Assembly (NCBI GenBank): GCA_029856365.1
Contig: JAHQWW010000085.1
Location: forward strand, 1-15,844
Origin: Candidatus Hodarchaeota archaeon
GTDB lineage: Archaea; Asgardarchaeota; Heimdallarchaeia; Hodarchaeales; Hodarchaeaceae
DNA: 15,844 nt
Direction of reading: 5' to 3'
The notes beneath the pieces are model-generated. The model worked only from the letters and a program-made list of their open reading frames with translations. It did not search any database and was not told where the DNA came from. Positions within the stretch are counted from its first letter, which is position 1, and each line of letters opens with the position of its first letter. Shown piece by piece: positions 8,082-15,844 of this stretch. Position numbers and translations under genes: made by a program.

Positions 8082-8783
8082 CTAATCATATTCTTCAAAT
8101 ATGCGTCTTCCCACTCGAATCATTGTAGATCCTTCTTGGAGGGCAATGACATAATCATTACTCATACCCATTGATAATACTTTCATCTCAACGTTTGAAG
8201 GGCAAACGCTATATTTCATAATATTCTCATAAATTATACGCATACGTCTAAAATAATCGCGAGTCTCTTCTGGTGAAAGGTAAGGGGCAATCGTCATAAG
8301 TCCTTGAATCTTTAAATGTGAAAAAGAACCTATTTCTTGTAAAACATCCTTTAATGCGTCTTCACTAGGAGAAAAACCAAATTTAGACCCATTTTGACAA
8401 ATATCTATTTGAAGTAGGCATTTAACGACAATATTTTGATCAGAAGCTCGCTTTTCAATCTCTTTAGCTAAAGATAACCGATCAAGTGAATGGATCAAAG
8501 AAAATTTTCCAAGTATTTTTTTGACTTTATTTCTTTGAAGATGCCCAATGAAGTGCCAATTGGCCTTAGTCTTCCTACACACTTCGATTTTCTTAAGAGC
8601 TTCTTGTACACGGTTCTCTCCAATAATCGGTCTTTCCAATCTATTTAAAATCCGTGCAACCAATTCAACTGGCTGATCTTTAGTAACCATGACCAGTTGG
8701 GGCCTTTCTTTGCCATGCGTATATTGTTGTAACAATGAGAGAATGTTATAATAATTCTTGATTATTTGGTCTTCTTCAATCAC
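8082..8783 (-). CDS. yggS: YggS/PLPBP family pyridoxal phosphate homeostasis protein
   Basis: VMVTK (PLP-binding lysine), GENRVQE, WHFIGHLQRNKVK, IHSLD, SKFG, GLMTI, LSMGMSNDY and GSTMIRVG. GTG start. Confidence 0.95.
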   Translation of the reverse strand: MIEEDQIIKNYYNILSLLQQYTHGKERPQLVMVTKDQPVELVARILNRLERPIIGENRVQEALKKIEVCRKTKANWHFIGHLQRNKVKKILGKFSLIHSLDRLSLAKEIEKRASDQNIVVKCLLQIDICQNGSKFGFSPSEDALKDVLQEIGSFSHLKIQGLMTIAPYLSPEETRDYFRRMRIIYENIMKYSVCPSNVEMKVLSMGMSNDYVIALQEGSTMIRVGRRIFEEYD

Positions 8784-8890
8784 AATTGAACCCTGCTAAT
8801 TCAAACAATCAATCCTATTTTTCATGCTTACGTGAAATTACTAATCAATTGACTCGTCTGATAAATAGATAAAGAATCTTTCAATGGTGC

Positions 8891-8898
8891 TTAATATA
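8891..8898 (+). promoter_or_regulatory. Candidate archaeal TATA box for the aminotransferase gene
   Basis: TTAATATA ends 28 nt upstream of the ATG at 8927, within the 143-nt divergent yggS/aminotransferase spacer. The AT-rich background makes chance matches possible. Confidence 0.4.
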
Positions 8899-8926
8899 GA
8901 GACTTTCAACGGGAGAAGTTCACTCT

Positions 8927-10072
8927 ATGAAATATATCGCACAACCACAAATTTCGGAAGAAGAAATTTCCCTAGTTGCACATACAATCAGATCAAAAAG
9001 TTTTGTGGAAGGGGAAAACGCTAGAACGCTTGAAAAGGAGTTCGCAACATATGTTGGAGCTAAACATGCCATTTGTACAGTTAATGGAACCGCTGCCTTG
9101 CATTTGGCTTTGGAAGGATTAAATATCCCTCCAGGAGTAGAAGTCATTACCTCAGCTTTCACCTTCATTGCGTCTGCAAATGCTATTTGTTTCGGAGGGG
9201 GGATTCCAATCTTTGCTGATATTGATCCGTCCAGCTTTAATGTTGATCCTGAAAAAATTGAGGCTCTAATAACTCCCAAAACAAAATGTATAGTACCTAT
9301 TCATATATTTGGTCTACCAGCAAACATGAAAGCTATTTTAGATATAGCAGAAGATCATAAGCTTACCATAATTGAAGATGCTTGTCAGGCTCATGGGGGT
9401 CGCATTGATGGCAAACATGTTGGTACGTTTGGGGATGTAGGTTGTTTCTCCTTTTATGCGACTAAGAATATGATCACTGGTGAAGGAGGGATGGTTGTCA
9501 CTAATAACGATGAGCTAGCCACTCGAATAAGAAGTCTCAAGAACCATGGCCGTGGGCCTAGTGGAGGTTATCATCATCACCTCATTGGTTATAATTTTCG
9601 ACTTGCAGAACCATTAGCAGCCATTGGTCTAATTCAGCTCAGAAAGCTCCCTAAGATGTTGGAACAGAGGAGAAAAAACGCCGAAATGATAAGAAGCACG
9701 ATAATGGAGCTGGACTCACTTAACGCACAGACAATTCCCACAGGAGTTACTCACAGCCATTATATTTGTGCGCCAGTGATACAGGATCCTAAATTTTCAG
9801 TTGATGAAGTCATAAAAGAATTACATAACCGAGGTATAGGATCTAGAAGAATTTACTCAGTTCCTTGCCACCAACAACCAACATATCTAGATGGAATAAA
9901 AACTTGGCGATGGAATAAATTTGTAAATTATCCAGATTACTCCAAAGTTAGGCTTCCAGTGACTGAAAGGATTGCTCACTCTCACTTTGAAGTTCCTATT
10001 CATCCTGGAATCACTTCTGATGAAGTTGCAGCAATTCAAAACGCTTTAAAAGAAATTTTTTCCTCAGGATAG
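8927..10072 (+). CDS. DegT/DnrJ/EryC1/StrS family PLP-dependent nucleotide-sugar aminotransferase
   Basis: NGTAALHLAL, FTFIASANAI, PIHIFG, IIEDACQAHG, FSFYATKNMITGEGG (PLP-binding lysine) and GYNFRL. Confidence 0.95.
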   Translation: MKYIAQPQISEEEISLVAHTIRSKSFVEGENARTLEKEFATYVGAKHAICTVNGTAALHLALEGLNIPPGVEVITSAFTFIASANAICFGGGIPIFADIDPSSFNVDPEKIEALITPKTKCIVPIHIFGLPANMKAILDIAEDHKLTIIEDACQAHGGRIDGKHVGTFGDVGCFSFYATKNMITGEGGMVVTNNDELATRIRSLKNHGRGPSGGYHHHLIGYNFRLAEPLAAIGLIQLRKLPKMLEQRRKNAEMIRSTIMELDSLNAQTIPTGVTHSHYICAPVIQDPKFSVDEVIKELHNRGIGSRRIYSVPCHQQPTYLDGIKTWRWNKFVNYPDYSKVRLPVTERIAHSHFEVPIHPGITSDEVAAIQNALKEIFSSG

Positions 10073-10123
10073 TGATCCTCTACTAGGAAATGCAAACTAA
10101 AATTAAAATATAACCAAACAAAT

Positions 10124-11179
10124 TTAACTCAAATAACTAGGCATCCAATCAAGCAGATAGTCTCTTCCGATTTCTCTAAATTCACGTTTTATTTGGTCAA
10201 TTTTAGTGAAGAATCCTTCTCTCATGGACTCGAGTTGAAGATTTTCTAGAATTTTATCTAACTTAGGTTGGATGTTTTTTATACCCGCAATAAGGTTAGA
10301 ATAATTATCCAACTTCTTTTCAGTTAATAATTCATTATTATAAAGCTGAATCTGAGTGGATAATCCACCTGAAAGGATTTTGAGCCCTTCTTCTTTGTTA
10401 AAACTATTTGGATCATTACATGAAGCTAATAATTGATCAAAACATTCTTTATTGGGTAAAAATACATTTCTTGCTAAAACACCACGAAGGTACATTTGTG
10501 TGGTTCTTTTCGCAAGAATTATAGAGAAAGGAATCGAAGTCATAAACTCTGTCATTCGCATTTTCTCACTATCCAAGATGGAACCTGATATGTCTTGAGC
10601 TTTCTCATATAGATCTAAGGGGAGGACTATTCCTGTTATTTCACGATAATCAGTTACTATAGAGCCTGGTCCTAACTGGAATTTCACCCAGTATATCCCT
10701 AGTCCTGTTATAAGAAAGAACGGTTCACCTGTTGTTTCTTCAAATCCCGATAGTGCAATATTAGGTAAAAAGACAATTGTATCTTGAAAGATTTTCTGCA
10801 CTGGTTGGTTTAAATAAAATCCATTGAAATGAGATCCAAGCAGTTTCCGCCATGAAGGAATGAACAGGAGTTGATCTAAAACCCCAAAAACTGATTTTCG
10901 TAGTTCAATAATAGTTTTATCAATTTCTTTAATACGTTGATCTATTTTATCAAATATAGATTGTCTGTCATAGACCCCGAGACGATAGGGATAGTCATGG
11001 TCTTCTTGAAAACGTTTGAATTCGCGAATTGAGATACCAGTAATCTCCTCTAGATCAGCATAGGATAATTTCCGCTCATAATATGCTTTGAGTCCCTCAA
11101 GAATTTTTTTCTCACCTTCAAATTGGGAAATATTCTCTGTAATCTCTTTTTCGCGTAGAGACATTTGGATTCTTTCCAA
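10124..11179 (-). CDS. Hypothetical protein with a UPF0175-like HTH near the N-terminus and an unassigned alpha/beta domain (true start may be the ATG at 11164)
   Basis: Open frame of 351 aa with no long competing ORF. LKAYYERKLSYADLEEITGISIREFKRFQEDHDYPY resembles the UPF0175 pattern (Y...kiS...aaelaGis..eF). I do not recognise the remainder. Confidence 0.7.
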   Translation of the reverse strand: MERIQMSLREKEITENISQFEGEKKILEGLKAYYERKLSYADLEEITGISIREFKRFQEDHDYPYRLGVYDRQSIFDKIDQRIKEIDKTIIELRKSVFGVLDQLLFIPSWRKLLGSHFNGFYLNQPVQKIFQDTIVFLPNIALSGFEETTGEPFFLITGLGIYWVKFQLGPGSIVTDYREITGIVLPLDLYEKAQDISGSILDSEKMRMTEFMTSIPFSIILAKRTTQMYLRGVLARNVFLPNKECFDQLLASCNDPNSFNKEEGLKILSGGLSTQIQLYNNELLTEKKLDNYSNLIAGIKNIQPKLDKILENLQLESMREGFFTKIDQIKREFREIGRDYLLDWMPSYLS

Positions 11180-11316
11180 AAATTTAGACTATGGTGGGGA
11201 TTTTTCTATAAATTCGCTCAGGAAATTCAATTAAACCAAACCTGTTACTTATTCTCTTTCTTTTAACATTATCGAATTAAAAAAGACCAGTGGAATCAAT
11301 TACATTAGAACTTAAT

Positions 11317-12369
11317 TTATGACAAAAAAACAGTTCTAATTTCTTCCCAAACCTCTGATGCTTGTTGAGGTGTAGCAACCCCTCGAATCAGCACATTTCC
11401 TCCCTTAAAAATAGTCATTAATATGTTCTTTGATACTGAAAGAGTAAGAGAATGAGTTCCCATCTTTGTTATAGTATAATTTTCTTCCAATTGAGATTTA
11501 GTTTGAATTATATCGAAATTTAGGTTCATTTGAGGAACTAGCATAAAATTATTTTCTCCACAAATATCTAATGCAACCCATTCTTCAACAGGGATTTTAC
11601 TAGCGTTCTTAGAAACTCCCGAGCAAATAGAGCAAGTAGGGTTCTTTTGAATTGGAATTTTATCGAAGCTTAGGCTCTTTAGGTCAATGAATAATAAAGA
11701 TCCATTTATTGATGATTCTCCCTTAAGCAGAATTTCAATGGCTTCATGAACCTGAATACCTGTTAAGATTGGAAGTATTGCGGGATGAATCCCTGTGATG
11801 TCGCAAGACGCTAATTCGTTATCATCAATCCCATGATATAAACAGGAAAAACACGGGGATTGTCTATCTAAATTGAATACTGTTATATTCCCAGAATGTG
11901 CACTAACACCGCAGAAAATGAAAGGAATTCCTCTTTGAAGACATGCATTATTGATAATTCGTCGTGTTTCAAAATTATCTAGTGCATCAATAACAACATC
12001 AATCCCATCCAATAGATCATTAATGTTCGCATTTCCAATATGACATGCATGAGTATCAATTGTCATTGATGGATTTAATTGTTTAAGTCGATCTGCAGCA
12101 ACTTCAACTTTTGCACGATCTAAATCAGTAATGGTATATAATGGCGTTCTATGTAGATTGGTACGCTCTACTATGTCGCGATCGACTATTCTAAGATAAC
12201 CTATGCCCATTTCAGCTAATAAAAGGCTTGAAAATGTCCCTAAGCCACCAATACCAACCACTAAAATTCGAGCTTGTTTTATCTTTACTTGTCCAGTTTC
12301 TCCAAAATCAGCCAAGACAATTTGTCTTGCATAACGAAGTTTTTCATCATCTGATAACAGATCTTTCAT
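11317..12369 (-). CDS. MoeB/ThiF/HesA family E1-like adenylyltransferase with a C-terminal Cys-containing TBP-like domain
   Basis: RYARQI, GIGGLG nucleotide-binding loop, DRDIVERTNLHRT, DALDNFETR, Zn pairs CFSC and CSIC, and an active-site-region Cys in ASCDITG. The extension reads LDICGENN...TIFKGGNVLIRGVATPQQA. Confidence 0.92.
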   Translation of the reverse strand: MKDLLSDDEKLRYARQIVLADFGETGQVKIKQARILVVGIGGLGTFSSLLLAEMGIGYLRIVDRDIVERTNLHRTPLYTITDLDRAKVEVAADRLKQLNPSMTIDTHACHIGNANINDLLDGIDVVIDALDNFETRRIINNACLQRGIPFIFCGVSAHSGNITVFNLDRQSPCFSCLYHGIDDNELASCDITGIHPAILPILTGIQVHEAIEILLKGESSINGSLLFIDLKSLSFDKIPIQKNPTCSICSGVSKNASKIPVEEWVALDICGENNFMLVPQMNLNFDIIQTKSQLEENYTITKMGTHSLTLSVSKNILMTIFKGGNVLIRGVATPQQASEVWEEIRTVFLS

Positions 12370-12437
12370 CCCTTATCATGACCATAAGCAGAGGTATTTC
12401 CTTGATACATACGAACTAAGACTGTCGTTGAAAAACA

Positions 12438-14873
12438 TTATTCTCCCTTAAAAGGAGTAAGGTTCAATTCAATTTTCTTCCAAAATTGTGTTACTTCACG
12501 CTCTAGATCGCTGCATATCAATTCTCTTGGGCTTTCTTGATAATAGTAGGGGGGAAAATAGCTTGCATAGCGAAGAGAAGCAAAGCGACGTCCAATAAAA
12601 ATGATAATACCACGATCAGAAGAAGTACGAATTAATCTACCTGCAGCTTGAAAAGTCCGTGTCAATCCAGGGAACTGATAAGCATATGCAAACCCATTAC
12701 TAAACCTCTCCTCATAGTATTGTTTAAGTAGCTCTTGTTCAAAGGTTACTGTTGGTAAACTAGGCCCAATTACAATAACACCATCCAAAATACCTGGAAA
12801 ATCAATGCCTTCAGCAAAAATCCCAGCTGTGACAGCTAACGCTAATACATGAGGAGAAGTTTTTAGAGTATCGATAAAATCCTGACGATCAGATTCTTGC
12901 ATTGTAGGCGCTTGTTTTAAAACAATCAAGTCTTTACTAGGTGTTAGAAAACTAGCTACTTTTTCTGCAAATTTGAAAGAGGGGAAGAAGACAAAATATT
13001 TCCCTTGTTTTATCTCCAATACTTTTTGAATTAAATCAGCAATATCTTGGAAGTGATGCCGTCTTTGTTCATAGCGAGTATCAATATTCGGAAAAACTAA
13101 GATTTTACGATTGTGAGGTGAAAAAGGTGATGGAAAACGTTTATATACAGTTTTATCAATGGGAAGTCCGAGTAAATCACGATAAAACGGGAATGGTGTG
13201 ATAGTGGCAGATATTGCAACTGATGACTTGAAAAAAGTCAAGCGTTGCTGAAGAAATGAGGAAGCGTCTTTGCATAATATTTTTATTTTCCCTTCGTGAA
13301 CGTAGTACAAAATCGAGAACTCTTCAGCATTCTGTGCAAGCGCTGCGGTTTCCACGAAGTCACGGAGATGATAATAAAATCTGAGAATGGGATCATCAGG
13401 CCAGTAAAGTTCTCTTTCCACCAAAAATCGCACATATCGGGTTACTGCTTCTTCAAACTGAGTCATAATCTTCTGAAATGAATTAAGATGGATATTTTTC
13501 AGAAGATGAGTAGAGATTTCAGTACCTTGTTTAGCACGAAGATTTCGAAAGATCCTCTCTAATTTTGGAGGGAGAAACTCAGGTAAGGGAATCCCCTTGA
13601 TCTTCTTTTTGAGTTGCTGCATCGATCGTTTAAAGACGAAGACTTCTCCCTGAGTCAAAGCGTGAGAGTAATAAGATAAACTCCTAGACACTAAATTGTG
13701 AGCTTCATCTATTATCAAATAAAACAAGGATTTTTTCTGATGAGGATCCCCAAAAAAACGTTGTAACGATACTCGAGGATGGAATACATAATTATAATCC
13801 CCAATAATAACATCTGCCTCTAAAGAAATATCTAAAGATAATTCAAAGGGACAAAAAGCTTCTGTAGTTAAAGCTTCTCTTTCAATAGATTCTGGATCTA
13901 TTACTCCTCGCTGTTGGACAAATTTTTCAAGAATTTCGTCAGGATAATGCTGTAGATAGTTTTTTAAAAAAGGACAATAATCTTCATGGCAAAAATAAAT
14001 TGCATTCTGACACATCTTTTCTTTTGCCTTTAATGTCAAAGCTAGGAAATCTACTCCTTGTTTGTAAAATAAATCAAGAGTTCTTTCCACTATATGTCGC
14101 TGAGTAGCTTTTGCAGTTAAAAAGAAGATCTTTGAATCCTCAAGGATAGCTTTAGGAATTAGCGGATAGAGGGAGACGACTGTTTTCCCCAAACCACTAG
14201 GAGCTTCCATTATAAGACATAATTTTTTATCCACAATTCCCCTAATCTTCTGGACTATTTCTTTTTGATATTTTCTATAATGAAAAGGAAAATGTAAGCG
14301 AGATAATGAGTTGATCTTCTTTTCAAGGCGAATCTGTTTAACCTGTTCTTGTTGAAGAAGTTTTGTAATTTTCTCGATTACAAATTCAGACATATCCTGA
14401 TATGGAATAGGGACAACATGTTGTTTATTATCGAAACGGTTAACCAAAATTAATTGCAATGATAATGAAGGCAGCCCAGTTTCAATTTGGCTTAACATCC
14501 ATGCATAACATTGAAGTTGTAGCCTGAATGGTTTGATTCGTGGATCATCAGGGGAAGCAGAAAACTGCTTTAAAAAAATTGACTTTATTTCTTCAATTTG
14601 AATAGACTCAGATGTACGAGCAACTAGATCTATCCTCCCGCGAATGATAACCCGCCAGTCTTGAACTGAGAACTGATATTTGACAAAATATTCAGCCTCA
14701 TAATTAATATTTTCCCTTTGTTTTTGATTCTGTATCTCTTGATGAATTTCCTTGCCTACTTCTGCATTTTTAAAAGAAATTTGAGCTCTAGTAAACTTAG
14801 GAATCCCAAGAAACGAAAGATCTCTTACACTAAGTTTAAGTTCTTTCTTTTCACGATTAAACCGAATAGTCAA
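12438..14873 (-). CDS. XPD/Rad3/DinG family Fe-S ATP-dependent DNA helicase with an N-terminal PD-(D/E)XK (RecB/Cas4-like) nuclease domain
   Basis: Nuclease motifs SVRDL, GKEIHQEIQ, GRIDLV, IEEIKS and QLQCYA. Helicase motifs: Q motif YRKYQ, Walker A APSGLGKT, four Fe-S cysteines (KEKMC..FC..YCP...FCPFE), DEAH, SAT, FAEGIDF and QAAGRLIR. TTG start. Confidence 0.93.
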   Translation of the reverse strand: MTIRFNREKKELKLSVRDLSFLGIPKFTRAQISFKNAEVGKEIHQEIQNQKQRENINYEAEYFVKYQFSVQDWRVIIRGRIDLVARTSESIQIEEIKSIFLKQFSASPDDPRIKPFRLQLQCYAWMLSQIETGLPSLSLQLILVNRFDNKQHVVPIPYQDMSEFVIEKITKLLQQEQVKQIRLEKKINSLSRLHFPFHYRKYQKEIVQKIRGIVDKKLCLIMEAPSGLGKTVVSLYPLIPKAILEDSKIFFLTAKATQRHIVERTLDLFYKQGVDFLALTLKAKEKMCQNAIYFCHEDYCPFLKNYLQHYPDEILEKFVQQRGVIDPESIEREALTTEAFCPFELSLDISLEADVIIGDYNYVFHPRVSLQRFFGDPHQKKSLFYLIIDEAHNLVSRSLSYYSHALTQGEVFVFKRSMQQLKKKIKGIPLPEFLPPKLERIFRNLRAKQGTEISTHLLKNIHLNSFQKIMTQFEEAVTRYVRFLVERELYWPDDPILRFYYHLRDFVETAALAQNAEEFSILYYVHEGKIKILCKDASSFLQQRLTFFKSSVAISATITPFPFYRDLLGLPIDKTVYKRFPSPFSPHNRKILVFPNIDTRYEQRRHHFQDIADLIQKVLEIKQGKYFVFFPSFKFAEKVASFLTPSKDLIVLKQAPTMQESDRQDFIDTLKTSPHVLALAVTAGIFAEGIDFPGILDGVIVIGPSLPTVTFEQELLKQYYEERFSNGFAYAYQFPGLTRTFQAAGRLIRTSSDRGIIIFIGRRFASLRYASYFPPYYYQESPRELICSDLEREVTQFWKKIELNLTPFKGE

Positions 14874-15281
14874 GGTAAATACATCTGTTTCAATAGAATT
14901 GTACTAGTTACCATAAATAAATTATCTGAATTCACACGGAGCTACAAATCAACTCGGTTCCTCTCTAGTGTGTTGGCTACAAAACCATAGTCTCTAACTA
15001 ATCAGCAAGAGTACATATTTAAAAGTTAAGAAGACGATTATCCAAGAAAAAAAGACTTGATTTATTCTTTTCTCCTTTCTTATCCCAGCTCTCAATTATT
15101 CCTTTCTTCGTAATTGAAGAGATAGATTGTATTTTTCCTTCCTTCCCTTTCTACAAGTCTAAATTGTCATTTCAATCAAATTAGATGTATCTTAAACCAC
15201 TTTTTAACTCGAATACTTGCATAAATATTTCAGTGTGAAATAGGAAAAGAAGAATTCTATTCACAAGAGAACATAAACTTT

Positions 15282-15844
15282 ATGAGTCTTTTTTCATTTT
15301 TCACAATTGAAAATAAGGGCGAACTTGATTTGAAAGAACTTAGTAGTATTGATGACTTTCTTTCACGGCTTAAGAATAAGCCTTTTCTTAGAGAAAATTG
15401 GGCAAATCTATTTTTTATAATAATAATTGCTATTCCTTTTTCCATCTTTTTTGTACAAGGTCTTCTCTATGGTTTTGATGAATTAGAACATTCTGGTGTT
15501 TCTGGTCTTTTCGTTTCTGCTTTATTCTATAATTTATTCATTATTTTAATGGTAATATTCATTCTCACGAATATAAAACTACGCTTAACACCAACACTCC
15601 TTTACCTTGGTCTTATCTTCATGACAGTTTTTTTTATCTTATATCTGCCAGGAATGTATGGAGGAGATGTTAATCAAGTGGTCTACACTGGAGCACAATG
15701 TTTATGGGAAGGAAAAAACCCTTATGATCCGAACAAACTTTATATTAAACATGGTAGTCCAACAGGGGCAGGTGTTTTTCATGAGGGAACCTATCCATAC
15801 CTACCAGTTGATTTACTATCGTATGGATTGATTTTAGGTATTTT
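15282..15844 (+). CDS. GT87/DUF2029-like GT-C membrane glycosyltransferase, truncated by the window end (absent from the ORF track)
   Basis: Manual translation from the ATG at 15282 stays open to the window edge: MSLFSFFTIENKGELD...NLFFIIIIAIPFSIFF...LFYNLFIILMVIFIL...LLYLGLIFMTVFFILYLPGMYGGDVNQVVYTGAQCLWEGKNPY...TYPYLPVDLLSYGLILGI. Three hydrophobic segments precede the D..v(Y)..a..l..G.NPY...YpYlP signature typical of GT87-like proteins. Confidence 0.75.
   Translation, partial: MSLFSFFTIENKGELDLKELSSIDDFLSRLKNKPFLRENWANLFFIIIIAIPFSIFFVQGLLYGFDELEHSGVSGLFVSALFYNLFIILMVIFILTNIKLRLTPTLLYLGLIFMTVFFILYLPGMYGGDVNQVVYTGAQCLWEGKNPYDPNKLYIKHGSPTGAGVFHEGTYPYLPVDLLSYGLILGI

Noticed and set aside
5-10100. 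TGCAAACTAA at 5-14 and 10091-10100, with a similar TGCAAATTA at 85-93
   Set aside because: A 10-bp AT-rich match is expected by chance, and nothing supports a target-site duplication or element boundary.
10066-10123. AGGAT-AGTG-ATCCT mini-hairpin and A-rich tract between convergent genes as a terminator
   Set aside because: The stem is only 5 bp. The T-rich minus strand is compatible with archaeal termination but cannot be distinguished from the AT-rich background.
12438-14873. Type IV CRISPR CasDinG or a Cas4 adaptation module
   Set aside because: No repeat-spacer array or other cas genes are in the window, and the nuclease lacks the Cas4 cysteines.
15040-15166. Minus-strand fragments RLVEREGRKNTIY and SITKKG in different frames, resembling a decayed PadR/MarR wing
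   Set aside because: The match is very short, needs a frameshift, has a stop codon immediately upstream and lies in a purine-biased tract, so chance is the simpler explanation.
8920-15445. Short ORFs 8920-9279, 12228-12419, 13296-13481, 14718-14990 and 15257-15445
   Set aside because: Each overlaps a stronger gene on the opposite strand (DegT, E1, helicase or the GT87-like gene) and has no motifs of its own.

Overview
AT-rich prokaryotic chromosomal window, probably archaeal and possibly Asgard-type (an inference from the gene content, a TATA-like box and the TrmB-type protein, not from a marker gene). It holds eight complete CDSs and one 3'-truncated CDS that the ORF track missed. In order: a beta-class amino-methyltransferase with a second, degenerate methyltransferase domain fused at its C-terminus (+); a divergent aldehyde:ferredoxin oxidoreductase (AOR)-family protein whose catalytic motifs are substituted (+); a 1393-aa protein with a TrmB-like wHTH, a helical rod of about 1180 aa and a TrmB/PLD-like C-terminal domain (-); YggS/PLPBP (-); a DegT-family sugar aminotransferase (+); a hypothetical protein with a UPF0175-like HTH (-); a MoeB/ThiF E1-like enzyme with a C-terminal Cys-containing TBP-like domain (-); a PD-(D/E)XK nuclease fused to an XPD/DinG Fe-S helicase (-); and the start of a GT87-like GT-C membrane glycosyltransferase (+). 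I found no rRNA, tRNA, CRISPR array or transposase. The best candidates for something undescribed are the single-chain active-plus-dead methyltransferase (similar in logic to METTL3/METTL14) with its adjacent pseudo-AOR, and the giant TrmB-rod protein. All family assignments come from motif recognition by eye; no database search was run.
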